A stretch of 63,108 nt of DNA, filler included, from Pelomyxa schiedti (Eukaryota > Protista > Evosea): assembly GCA_020536535.1 (NCBI GenBank). It is 7 parts of 7 records of this genome, joined end to end, with 100 filler letters (N's around TTAATTAATTAA, not from the genome) between each part and the next. Parts side by side here need not be neighbours in the genome. Positions count along the whole stretch, not along the records: positions 12,501 to 21,865 come from JAHLWZ010000369.1; positions 21,966 to 34,589 come from JAHLWZ010001210.1; 5 more parts are not named here. One strand, written 5' to 3'. Both the position numbers and the translations under genes were made by a program. The notes beneath the pieces were generated by a model. That model was not told the origin of the DNA. It made no database searches and saw nothing but the letters and a program-made list of their open reading frames with translations. Positions 13,040 to 26,798 of this stretch are shown here, piece by piece. Position 1 is the stretch's first letter. Each line of letters opens with the position of its first letter.

Positions 13040-14400
13040 AGGCTCTACTGTATCCATTATTAGAGAATGGAAAGAACAGAAGAATACTATTTGCCAACGA
13101 GACAAGCCCAGGTTCAATGACTATGGCGATTGCAGTCACTCTGCCAGTTGGATTGCATCCTGGAGAATTATTACTTGTTGTCAAAGTTGATGAATGGGGG
13201 GAGAATATCTGTCCTGGCCAGAGGCTGTGTAACTATAAGGTTCGTAAACTTGAGGAATCATGTTGTACCTGGAGATATGGACAAGAAGCAGGATTTGATA
13301 TGTGGATTGAATATGGAACCACTGGAGGAGTCCCAGCAAAGCATTGTTGATTAAACACCTTCACGCATGTAGTGGTGTTGTCACAGGCCATACTGCAATA
13401 TTGCAACATTCTATTGAGACGGGTTCTGCCGCTCCTATTGCCTATGTATCGTAAGGCCCCCAGCTCAACAAGAGTTGATTGAGAAAGAGGTTACCAAGAT
13501 GCTTTCCCAATCCCTTGGGTGTTCTAGTACACAAGCCGGATGGAAGTATGCGTTTTTGTGTTGATTACAGAGCTTTGAATGAAGTTGCTACAAAGGCGGC
13601 CTAGGTAGGTGGCCTACCTATGACCCGCATAGATGAGATGCTGGACAATTTGGGAGGTTCTAACATATTTACTGGATTAGATTTGAAATCTGGATATTGG
13701 CAAGTTGACCTGACCCTGAAGTAAGGGTTTTGTCCGCATTTCGTACACGGCTGCCCTGACACAAGCCAAAGCCAATGGCGAAGTTGTACCTATTGTATTT
13801 ATCAGTAGAAGAATGGGAGATGCCGAGACGAGATACCATATAACAGAGAAGGAAGCACTTGCTGCCGTATTGGCTGTGGAAAAACTTGAATGCCATTTAT
13901 GGGGTAAACATTTTGCTCTAATCACTGATGCCACAGCTGTAGCCAAGATGCAGACCAACAAAGGAAAATCTCATATGGGTTGATGGGCACTTGTGTCGCA
14001 AGAGTATAACTATAACATTTTCCATCAACCAGCGAAGTCTGACATTTCAGATGGTCTAACTAGAGTGAATCTCAAGGAAGTTCTTGAAGTGAATGACGGA
14101 AAGAGTTACACACCATATGGGCATTGTGGTGGTATTAGAGAGTGATCAGCTCCCCAACCTCTCACAAGCTCAACAAGAAGATGCTCATTACCAGGATGTA
14201 TGGCGAGCTTGTAAAGGAGAGAGTCTGGAAGTGAAGACACCAGAGAAGCAAGCTGAACTCGAAGCACAGAAACAATGGTATACAATTCAAGATGAGAAGC
14301 TGTCAAAAATAAGAAAGCAGCTAAGAGTTTGAAGTTGTGTGCTCCAGAACCTTGGAAGAACACAATCATGGCGCGATATCATAACCAGTCTCAATTACTA
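13040..14400 (+). mobile_element. Decayed Ty3/Gypsy LTR-retrotransposon pol remnant (RT N-part, RNase H, start of integrase region)
   Basis: Fragments QELIEKEVTKML, VHKPDGSMRFCVDYRALNEV, LPMTRIDEMLDNLGGSNIFTGLDLKSGYWQV and PIVFISRRMGDAETRYHITEKEALAAVLAVEKLECHLWGKHFALITD. In-frame stops and deletions are present, and the YxDD core is missing. Confidence 0.9.
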
Positions 14401-16372
14401 ATATTCCAGCTCCAACAGCGGAAACCATTGCTCCATAAGCATGTCAGGTCAGTACTGAAGTATTGCATACAAGTACGGTCTCATCCCAATCATTGTAGAG
14501 CCTAGTTGGGATACTAATACTGTTGAAGTCAATTCTGTTCCATTACCTTTAGTTGTGCCGCTTGCACCTCACCCCATTGTATCGGAAGCACTTCCGCCAA
14601 CATTATCTGTACAAATACCCGCAAGTGCACTACCTAGACGTCAACATATTGTACATAAAATACATGTGCAATACACCCCAAGTGAGTCCTTGGTATTATG
14701 TCGGGGTATACAAGGCTCTGAAGTCAAAATTGTGTATAAACGACCTAGCCATACGAGTATACCCTTGAGAAGGCTACTAGAACCAGGGAAGTCACCCCAA
14801 CTGTTGGGGTGCCACACACCAACAAATGCAGTTCGGAAACACAAGTTGGACACAGTTTGGCCCTTCATGCGCTAGATCATCTTGTCACTCCTGGGGCTGT
14901 ATGTCATACCAATAGTGGAAGCGGTTTTTGTTGCAGCAGGCAAACAACAGGATATTGGGAGGCAGTTTGGTGTCTCTGTTGGGCGGTGTGATAGCTTGGT
15001 TATTGCACGTTTTTTCCTTAATTTTGAGGGAAATTAGGTTTTGCCTCATGCATCACAAAAGCAGTGTATTGAGTTCATATGCATTGCCACAGCAGCATAA
15101 ATCTCTGAGTTGGCCTCTCTTTATTATTATTAATATAATTTTTAAATGGCTAACACATACCCAAAAGACCTTATCACAGCACAAGAGGCCTTCAAAAGCT
15201 AAGCTTTGTTGCTGCATTCACCTGTCTTCTTCAGTACCCTTTGCCGGTTACTATTGACTTGGGCTACTCGGCCCAGTGTCAATGAACCCTTTGTAACTAC
15301 TTAATCACTTCTGCTGTATTCCTAACAGTTTTTGCCAGAACTACCCATGGAAGACCAAGTATGATGCCTTCTATCTTGACTTTGTGTACACATCATCTTA
15401 AAAAATTTTAGGGTAAGCATCAATTATGTGCAGAATGCTCGGTTACCAAAGGTCCAGCATTATCCCACTGAATACTGCATATGTGTGACACTGGTTGCTG
15501 CAACAATTTGCATGTTTCCGTTTTGTGGAGCAACACTTGACTAGAACTGTAAGTCCTTTCCGGTAATGGCATTCCATCATGCACAACAGCATCTTTTGTA
15601 AATAAAGGCAAATTCACGATTGGACTCTGAGTTTTGCAAACATTCTGGAATTGTGTCACATTGTAACTATTCAAAAGACAAATGAGTTGTGTGAAACAAG
15701 GAGTGCCTGATAAAATTTTGCTGGCCAGAGGAATGATCTTCTCTGGAAGTGTCACACCGTTGACCATCACCCCAGGAATACAAACTGGAATTCCTTAGAT
15801 GAACAATACAGTGCAAATTACTTTTGCTTGAGAACTAAGGTATAGCCGCTCCAATAATAGAAGGGTGGTTACAAGAATCAAGTTGTAATTGAATTGGAGC
15901 TAGCTCACTGGGAGACCGACCACTTTTGAAGATAAGCACGTTAGCTTTTTGATATGACTCAGTGAACTAGAAAGTACCTGTGATATACTGCAATGACTGG
16001 AAGACAGAGCACCACCGTATTGCTCGTTGGCACATACACCTAATTCAATGATACAGAACGTCCCACGAGTAGGGAGCCATATTTTGTTTGCACAGTTCAT
16101 TGTTCCGCGTGTATTAAGTTGGTTTGCGTATTGCATCGATCAGAAAAGTGCGTCGATTCAAAACAAAAAAAAAAAAAACCGCGTGTAGTAAGCAAATAAT
16201 TTAAGGGGGAATGCAAGCCGAACGTACGTTCCTCTGTCATAACTGGCCACAACAACGTCAGCGCGACTTACTGAGAGATCTCCCACTTTACCAATATCAT
16301 TAACATTAAACTAATATCATTAACTTAAGTTTATTTGCCTTGGAAAATTCCACAACTAGAAAGAAAATCGAG

Positions 16373-18100
16373 ATGTCGCAGAACATCTTACCGAAGCAGG
16401 ACCTGCCGAACAAAGACAAGAAATCGGATAACCAGGTCCCACAATTAATCACTGTCTCCCTGACTCGGGGACGCCGAACAACAGACCTTGGGAGGCCTTC
16501 CAGGACAGTTGCGCCAAGAAGAAACTATCGAGAAGGGTCAAGTGGTTACTCAAGTTGGGAATCAGGATCCGACTCTGAATGGGCAGGTGAGAACCTTCCT
16601 GTTAAAAGGAGAAAACCCAGCAGAGGCAAGGCCAAAAAACCATCAAAACCAAAAAGGCGTCGTGTGGCGAAGGAGACATCCCACAATACCAAACAGCACC
16701 ACAAGAACAAACACCACCACGCAGAACAAAGTGACAGTGGTTACAGTGGTGGCAGTGAGGAGAAACAAACCACGGCTGATGGGAACAATACGAACGACAG
16801 TCAATCTGACAGTCCTCTTCAAGAACAAGAACAACAACACAACAAACCCACATTGAACACAGAGGAAGAAAAGGAATCTATTTCTGAGTCGGAGGGGAAG
16901 CCTATAGCGCTAAACGGGGCTCATAGAGGTAACTAAATACTACATCTATTTTCAGTTTAGTTAACGAGATGTTCTCTCAAAGATGGCGTGACAGGAACTT
17001 TGGCGCCGTCTGAGACTACAGCTTCTTTATTGCTGCAACAGCAACGGCAACAACACACAATGCCTGCTGAAGAGCACCGCGGTGGCGAACAAAGTGCGTT
17101 CTTGTCAGGTAACCAATGATCCGTTCACCATTTCAGTTTGATTAACGAGATGTTCTCTCAAAGATGGCGTGACAGGAACTTTGGCACCGTTTGGAGGGGT
17201 AGTGGATACTTCTTCTTCCTTAACACCACTGCACGCTGGCACTGGTTGTGTGGACGACAAAGACCGAGACAATTCTGCTGTACCTTGTGGAGAAGCTGTA
17301 CCTTGTGGAGAAAGCACTTTTGCACCAGGTAACCAATTCTGTATTCATTTCAGTTTAGTTAACGAGATATTCTCTCAAAGATTATATGACCGGGACAACT
17401 CCAGCGTTTGGTCCAACAGGAACATCTTCTCCAGGTAACTAAATACTACATCTATTTTCAGTTTAGTTAACGAGATGTTCTCTCAAAGATGGCGTGACAG
17501 GAACTTTGGCGCCGTCTGAGACTACAGCTTCTTTATTGCTGCAACAGCAACGGCAACAACACACAATGCCTGCTGAAGAGCACCGCGGTGGCGAACAAAG
17601 TGCGTTCTTGTCAGGTAACCAATGATCCGTTCACCATTTCAGTTTGATTAACGAGATGTTATTCTTAGGAGAACATTCCAGAACCTCAACTTTAGGTGTG
17701 GTACCTCCTCCTGTTATGCCTGCTGGTATTGGGGATCCCACTCGGCATGAGGAAACAAGAATCTCACCTTTTACTCTCCCTCTGTTGACTACTTTACTGT
17801 TGAACAATCTGTGGCATAATGCTAACCATACTTCCCAAACTGTGCCTGGTGGAGGTACTTGTGTTTTTTGTTATGTCTTCTGAATAATTCACAGGTGGTG
17901 GCACAGCACCAGCTTTGCAAACCATGTCTACTAGTACCACTGCTTCAGTGGCTGGTATTTTTTCCTGTTATTCCATATTCTTTGATTAAAAAAGAATTAT
18001 AGGTCCCCTTTCTGTGTCACCTTCCCCCGCAACGAACATCTTTAGCAATCTGATTTTTATTGGCACTGCAACGTTTACAAATTCACATCAAAATAAGTAG
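16373..18100 (+). CDS. Low-complexity/disordered protein with a basic NLS-like stretch, built from duplicated phase-1 exon-intron modules
   Basis: Removing seven phase-1 GT-AG introns (five of them near-identical) gives one continuous frame from ATG 16373 to TAG 18098-18100. It contains VKRRKPSRGKAKKPSKPKRRRVAK and repeated DGVTGTLAP units. Confidence 0.6.
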
Positions 18101-18659
18101 AGCCTAGTTGCTGTGCTGTTCCTATAATTTTTTCAAAAACACAGTAGATGCAACCGCGTGTTGTTGGTTAGTAGTTGATTAGGAGGTAATAGTAGGGAGC
18201 AAACTGCCCAACTGTCTTTCTCAAGGCTGGTTTTGCTCTTCGACGAAAAGCGAACAGCAAGAGGCCACACACGTTGTCTTCGAGGGTGTCAAGGACAACA
18301 GACGGCAACAAAAGCAGGCAGACCATCACGTCGGTTTCAGTGCAGGAAAGCGTCGCAGTTGCTCACGGTGACGTCACTACATCGTCACCTGGCGCCACTG
18401 TAATTGCAACTGCCAGGGAGTGCATCTACTCACTGACTCCAATCTACTGCAACCGTTGTGGCCGTTGGGTGCAGAAGCGAAAGTGGAGGTGTTTGTGAAT
18501 GCACAGAGCACCGGCACTGTGGCTTTGGCGAAGTTCCTGGGCAGAATAGGTGGGGTGAGGGCCTCAGTTTGTTGCACACGGGAGCAGAGAAAGGAGATGG
18601 GTGTTCCAGTTTGGGTTGGCTGAATGTGCTCGGGATGAAGGGGAAACAGTGGAGGTACT

Positions 18660-19060
18660 CTAGTTAGTCATGCTTAGTATTGGCAGTGGCACAATACACC
18701 GATGCAGATCGCCTCCTCAAGCTTGAAAATCCAGCGGGCAGCGGGATTGGCCTTGCTCCTTGCTCTGTTTATCGGCAACACAGGGTTTCACCAAATAACA
18801 AACCCTAAAAATTCAAATTGCTGTTGAGTACTTGTCATTGGCTGCCAATAGTGGAGATGGCAATGCTCAGCTTCTATTGGCGTATTGCTTTATGGAGGGA
18901 AGGTGTTGGGAAAGATGATACGGAAGCTTTCAGTTTGCTGCAGCAAGCACTTCAAGGTGAAAGCCCTGAAGTTACTGCTTATGCTCATGCACAGCTTGGA
19001 GACATGTACCACTGCTTGTTATCCTATTCTAAGCACTGCCTTACGTATTGGTAATGTGTA
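18660..19060 (+). pseudogene. Sel1-like repeat gene fragment with an apparent frameshift
   Basis: AANSGDGNAQLLLAYCFMEG followed, after a 1-nt shift, by GVGKDDTEAFSLLQQA...AHAQLGDMY. This matches the Sel1 consensus (A..G...A...Lg..y..G.GV.kd...A). Confidence 0.45.
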
Positions 19061-19290
19061 CGAGAGTGGTGGTGTCTCCAATTATGCAGGGAGGTTGTCA
19101 ATTTGTGGAGGGGAGGATAGAGGCACTTGTTCCAATAAAACAAACTTATGTGAAGAGATGCATGTGCACGTGCGTGTGTGGTTGTTATTTATTCATCCCA
19201 GACACAAGTTTCATCGTTAGATCTGACTTTCGGAGAAGAAAGAAAAAAAAAAGAAACAAAACAAAGAAAACAACTTCGGCCTCATCGGCA

Positions 19291-20972
<1,682 letters not shown>

Positions 20973-21034
20973 AATGATTTGGAAAGAATGTGTCTAAAAA
21001 ACCACAAAGTTTAGGTTTTGGTTCGCGTTTCGGC

Positions 21035-21474
21035 CGTCCCTCCGGCGCCCTGCCAGTCAAAGTCAGCGACTCCCAGCCGCCGTGACAGCATTCTCAGAGC
21101 GATTTTTTCGCAGGTGACCGAGTTCTTGCAGATCTGAGGCGCCGGAGGGACACACCCACCGCAGCAGAGGAGAGCCCCCCAACTTCTATTGACGCACCTT
21201 TGTGTGGGATCGTATTTGTCTCTCTGAGACCCACAGCACAGACTACTTTAAAAACGCTCTGAGAATGTGTCACGGCGTAGGTGAATAAGCTCCCCCTAAG
21301 TTGGTATCGTGCATTTTTGGTTTCATCACTTCCTACGAACCCTTTGGCCACGCAGCATCCCTTCTCGATGCCCACCACAGCAGAACCGTGGGCGTCCCTC
21401 CGGCGCCCTGCCAGTCAAAGTCAGCGACTCCCAGCCGCCGTGACAGCATTCTCAGAGCGATTTTTTCGCAGGTG
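21035..21474. repeat. 82-bp perfect direct repeat (21035-21116 and 21393-21474) with an internal inverted copy of its first 14 bp (21138-21151)
   Basis: CGTCCCTCCGGCGCC...TTTTTTCGCAGGTG occurs twice. GGCGCCGGAGGGAC is the reverse complement of GTCCCTCCGGCGCC. Confidence 0.85.
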
Positions 21475-21965
21475 TCCAGCCAAAAAGTACTAAGAATCTT
21501 CCTTTTCTTTGACTGAACTGGAAGCCAAATAATGGCCAAGAGTCATTGGACATTGTTTGAATGCCAAAGATGTGGTCTTACATCAGTGCAATGGCAATGT
21601 TCATTGCAACCATTAGCTGGGCCTTGTTGGCAATTATGAACTTTTTTTGTGGTGTGTTTTGGAAGGTCCGAGGTGCTTGTGTGGAGGAGTTATGGGAAAG
21701 ATGGCAATTTTTCATTTTTGATTTGTTGGAAAAAAACAAAGTGCCGCACCACACCATTTGCTGGCAGTGTGCCACCAACGAGATGAATGAGGCTTGCTCG
21801 GCGTACCTTAACTGGTCTGGGTCACCAACTGGTGGCAAACTGAAGAGGTGGAGGTGAACACGAACNNNNNNNNNNNNNNNNNNNNNNNNNNNNNNNNNNN
21901 NNNNNNNNNTTAATTAATTAANNNNNNNNNNNNNNNNNNNNNNNNNNNNNNNNNNNNNNNNNNNN

Positions 21966-22450
21966 TGCTGAATCACGTTTTTGTTGATGTGATGCAATTG
22001 GGTGCTGAATCACGTTGTGCTATGATGATGGATGCGGAATCACGTTTTGGTTGTGTAATGGCGGTGGGTGCTGAATCACGTTGTGACTGTGAGAACATGC
22101 TGAATCACGTTTTGTGTGTATTATGGTGTGGGCTGTGTGGTGTGAATTGGGTGCTGAATCACGTTGTGTTATGACGGTGGATGCTGAACCACGTTTTTTG
22201 TTGTGTGATGCTTGGTGGGTGCTGAATCACGTTGTGTTGTGAGAGTGGATGCTGAACCACGTTTTGTTTGTGTGATGCTTGTGGGTGCTGAATCACGTTG
22301 TGTTATGACGGTGGGTGCTGAACCACGTTTTGTTTGTGTGATGCCAGTGGGTGCTGAATCACGTTGTGTCATGAGAGTGGATGCTAATCAAGTTTTGTTT
22401 ATGTGATGCTTGGTGGGTGCTGAATCACGTTGTGTTATGATGGTGGATGC
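21966..22450. repeat. Degenerate minisatellite, ~30-bp subunits in ~63-bp pairs, core GCTGAA(T/C)CACGTT
   Basis: More than a dozen copies of the core separated by GT-rich variable spacers. Confidence 0.85.
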
Positions 22451-22740
22451 TGAATCACGTTTTGTGGGTGTCAGTGTGAAAATGGTGATGCTGGTCATGC
22501 TGTTGAGGGCAGGAATTTGATACTGTTTGTTGCTTGCTGCTACTTCCTCCCACCACCACTTTGTTTTTATTTAATAGTGTTTTGTTCCGAGATCTATTTA
22601 TGTGCGCCTTTCCTTCCCAGGAATTCGATTCTTTTCCCGCGTATTTTTTCCAAACGAAAAATTTTCGCCTGACCCTGTGGCCCAATGGCGGAGAGGAAAG
22701 GCGCTGGTCTCTGATTTTTTTTTTGTTCAGCAATGTGGGT

Positions 22741-25302
22741 TTATGATTTGTTGGTTGCTGTTGTTGAGGGTGTAACAGATTCGTGGGTGGTGTACGGTGT
22801 CCCAGGGGGATTGGAAAGTAATCTGCCTTCGCTGTATTCCTGTGCGCGGTGTAGTGAGAAATAGCGAGGAAAGGGAACCGGAAAAAGTGAGGAATTGGTG
22901 GGGGAATTAAGTACCACGGGCGTGGACTTTCCTACTTCGGCGATTTTCAGTGGTTGGAGGCAGAACACTGAAAGGACAAAGGAACATTCTTGCTTTGGAT
23001 CAAATGTGGCTGGCAGAGCAATGTATTTGCCATTAGGAATCAGTACTACTTCCTTTCCAACTAGCGTTTCAAGTTAGGGTTAGGGCTTATTTAGTTCAAT
23101 CCGGACAAACCTTCTCTTGCGTTGATGTAATTGGCAGTTCGGGCGTGAAGTGCAGCCCTGCTGCCGGCTCTCAGCCTCACATTTGGGTCTGTAGTAATGT
23201 CATTTCTTGGGAAATGGGCTGGTTTTCAAACCGGCAACCCTGAATATCAGCAGACCAATACTGAATAGATCGGATTCGTTCCCGGAACGCTCTGGGGTTC
23301 TCAGCCACCTTCTATCTTCTTGGGATACAGATACCTATGAAGGCTGAGTGTGGTCAGAGCGGGAAGCTATTCATACAAAAACTGTGACATCAGTGGCATT
23401 GGGGTTCACTATGGAGAATCTTGTAGCGCTAAGATTTGAAAAAAAAGAAATAGAAAGTGCCGTACTGCGGGTTATTTGTCCAAGATGGAAAGTTCTGGCA
23501 CCCGCCGGCGGTCGGCCCTTGCCACCCACCTGGGATACGCCATACATTCCAAACATCCCCAACCTTGCAGAGGTAAAAACAGGGCTTCTTAGTGAAAGAG
23601 AAAGAATACCACGTCCTGGTACAGATGACAGACAATCAACTACAATGATAATTAGAAAAAAGCTGGGAAAAAGGATGCAATACTTTCGTGTAATGTTTCT
23701 TATAATCGGCCCAGTTCATCCTTGGGAAGCGTCATTCATAAAGGGAGAGAAAATTCAAACCAGAATGTTCCGTCATTAATAAAAGTCACAGTGGTATTTA
23801 ATTGTCTAATAATGTCCCTGCTCCACTTGGTGCTGCTGTCACTCCAGTCTCCTACACGAGGTTACACGGAGCGAAAAAACATATGACCTAAACCTTTCCA
23901 TTCCCTTTCCCCCCATGGATTACGGAGTTTAATTAATCTGCACAGGATTAGACCCATCGAGGAAAAAGAGGAAATACCGTTCCTTTGGGGTTGAAATCTC
24001 TTGGGCATGGATAATGGAATAGGCGTGATTTGCCAAAAGCTGATCGTGGGTTATGGTAAAAAATGTGCAATGGAAAAGCATACCCCTGTGGCAGCGATTT
24101 CGGACTCGGGCCTCGCAGCAGAAGACACAGCTGAAGTTCCAAGAAGCCAGGCTGCAGTGATGTGAGGGGAATGAGAGGAATAACTGTCTAACATTCGGTC
24201 AGAGCTTTTTGGATAAGACCCCACTCATCTTCCTTTGGATTGAGATCAACAGTTTCACAGACCCCTCCAGAGAGATCCGCGAAGGCAACTGAAGGAATGA
24301 GAATCATATATAATAGGTAGTACATGTTATACAGGCAATTGATCCTGCTGATATGCCATTGTAGCTGCCGTGGAGTTTGGCATAGGCTGGACTTTGTAAA
24401 AAAACTTCAAGAAGTTGTATGGGCAAAACCTTTTTCAATCATGGGAACCCACAGTTCGTTGAGATCTGCACAAGTAGCGAATAATGGACGGTTGTTGTAT
24501 GTTGGAAGACGGTCATCAATATACACAAGCCTGTAAAATCCGTTAAGAAGAAGTGCAGCTCATAACGGATACCGCCAAGCGCCTTCTTTAAAAAATCGGA
24601 AAATGTAGAACCCCATTTCAGGGTGTTCGCAAACAATCAATTGTTTGATTCTGTAACCACATTAACTGGAGTAGTGAGGGGTCATTGCACATACAAGTCA
24701 GGCCTATTGGCAATTGTGGCAAGGGCACCCAAAAACCAACAATCACCTGCCAGAGTTAGATTCCGCAGGATGAGTACATATGGTACCTAGGTCTCCTTGA
24801 ATTACATCATCAGCGCAAGTCCCACTCAGAAATAGAGATGGCTTTGAAGTGTACTGGCAAGGTCTTTTCCACACAACTCCTATGGTTAGAAATTTATTAT
24901 TGTGAGGTCATCAAAAAGTAGGAGTAAGTCATTATATTAAACAATGGGGAAAAAAAACCAGCAGTCCTGGTGTGGTTGAGAGCCTGTAGAGCTTCGTTTC
25001 CTATAATTGACTTCTCCACAGGAGGGAAAGTTTTATCCACCAGTATGTGGTCACTCTAATACGAATTATGTGAATTAACTGAATACATTATTTCAAACCA
25101 GAGCGGAAAAGAAACCAACATACAAACACAAAGGTGATAAACCAAAAAAAGAAAGGGAAAAAAAAAACCCAACAACATGTAGTCTAGTGTATTCTATTTG
25201 TGTATCCCCTAACACAGAGGAAGGAAGGAAGGGTACTTCAGCACTAGCCAATGCGCACAACTCCGCCTCCAGTTCCGCCAATGTACCCGCTGGTCTCCAC
25301 AT
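22741..25302 (-). CDS. Calpain-family cysteine protease (CysPc catalytic domain plus domain III/CBSW), multi-exon; termini approximate
   Basis: Minus-strand spliced motifs DDVIQGDL-GDCWFLGALA (Cys near 24740), VYIDDRLP, ELWVPMIEK-AYAKLHGSY, LLANHAYSI (His near 24026), KLRNPWGEREW (Asn near 23920) and GGWQGPTAGGCQNFPSWTNNPQY. Confidence 0.92.
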
Positions 25303-25589
25303 TGTTTATATGTTTAAAATATGTTATTTGACACGGGTGTGTGCCCCCTTGTTGCTTGCTGTTTTCGAGTTTTGATTGGTTATTTTTTGTTCTTCCAAGA
25401 ATCGTGGTTTGAAAACAGTTCCCCTAATGCCGTCTTCTTTTGGCCCCCGAAATTGGCTATCCCATTTCACTTCGCCCGTAACTTCTCTCGAGCGACTTGT
25501 GGGTACGTAACTGCGCTCATAGTGGCTGCTGGGCCAACAAACCCCCAACACCTTGTAACTCCTTCAATTGCTGTGGCTTTGTGATTACG

Positions 25590-26462
25590 ATGAGGCGTGC
25601 ATCGTCAGCCGAGCGCCGCGATGTCGTCATCCCCTCCTCCACGTCCATCGTTTACGATGACGTCATAAGCAACTGCGCCTCCCCGAGCAACTCAACGCCG
25701 TTTCCCTCAAGTGGAGATGATGTGACGATGGCCCACCTGGACCGTGGTGTAATGGACATCGTTGTTTGCTTTCTGTTGTGCCCCCCTTTCGCCTTGGGCC
25801 CCAACGAGAACACCACCACCAACACCCACAGCAACGGCAGGAACTTTCTCAACTTCGCTGTGTGCTCGAGAACGTGCCTTGCTGCGTGCGAGAGGGCCAG
25901 CCTGCAGTTGCAGGCCAGGTCGTTCCTGAGGCCGCACAACACGATCCGCTGCGGCGGCGGTGGCAGTGCAGAGGACGACTTGGCTCTGGTTGTGACTCCC
26001 CAATCACTGGCAGCCGAGAAGCTCCAAGAGAAGAACCTCAAGGTTCTGAAATCGTATGTGAGGAAGGTGGCGCGCCAAAAGGCATGGCAAGTGAAGGTGT
26101 ACGAGGCAATACTCGTTGGAACAGAATATCCCCCGCAGGAGCATACCAGTGAGGGTGGTGGTGCTGTGCCAGAGGAAGACAGGTTTGGGCCCACGCATAT
26201 GCATTCGGCGGGAAGATTAAGCATTCAGTGCACTTCACAATGCATTCCAGACATTGGACACACCTATCAGAAGGGAATCCAGCCAGCCGGCATAGGTTCA
26301 GGAGATCAGGGCCTGGTGAAGTTGCACAGGCGCCAGCTTCACCCTCCAGCAAGCGCCCATCACGGTACGGCCACCAGGGTATGTATGTGTTTTTCCTGGC
26401 TACCTGAATCCACACTTGGGGGTCTGTTTCTGGTGTTCCACGTGGGATACATCCACTTTTGA
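25590..26462 (+). CDS. Intronless hypothetical protein, tandem copy 1, 3' part disrupted by an inversion (possible pseudogene)
   Basis: Nearly identical to copy 2 up to ~26222. Segment 26222-26554 is the reverse complement of copy-2 sequence ~27505-27835. Confidence 0.6.
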   Translation: MRRASSAERRDVVIPSSTSIVYDDVISNCASPSNSTPFPSSGDDVTMAHLDRGVMDIVVCFLLCPPFALGPNENTTTNTHSNGRNFLNFAVCSRTCLAACERASLQLQARSFLRPHNTIRCGGGGSAEDDLALVVTPQSLAAEKLQEKNLKVLKSYVRKVARQKAWQVKVYEAILVGTEYPPQEHTSEGGGAVPEEDRFGPTHMHSAGRLSIQCTSQCIPDIGHTYQKGIQPAGIGSGDQGLVKLHRRQLHPPASAHHGTATRVCMCFSWLPESTLGGLFLVFHVGYIHF

Positions 26463-26798
26463 CAACACAGTACCACACATCAGCCGACCCAGACTTGAAG
26501 GTATTAGGAGTGTAAGTTTCAGTGACACTCCCACTGCAGAACACGAAAACCCTCGGAATGTGACCAACTCACAACCCCATGAAACAAGGGTTGTTTCAAA
26601 GATTTTTTTCTTTTCCTCATGTATGTCTGTCTTAGGAGCGCCAAACCTCCACTTGGCCCTTTGTGTTCATTGTCCTCGCAGGCTCCACCAGTTTTGATTC
26701 TGTCCGTATGTTTTACTTTTATCTTCAATCGCTTTCGGCATTACGGGAACTGTTTTCAAACCACGATTCTAAAATCCAATTCGTCACTTGTGATTACG

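Noticed and set aside
14450-16200. Short ORFs downstream of the Gypsy remnant
   Set aside because: No recognisable motifs or consistent exon chain. Probably decayed element sequence.
21966-22450. CRISPR-like array
   Set aside because: The spacers are similar to one another and degenerate, the context is eukaryotic, and there are no cas genes.
23074-23085. Two TTAGGG units suggesting telomeric sequence
   Set aside because: Only two copies, inside a calpain intron, which is compatible with chance.
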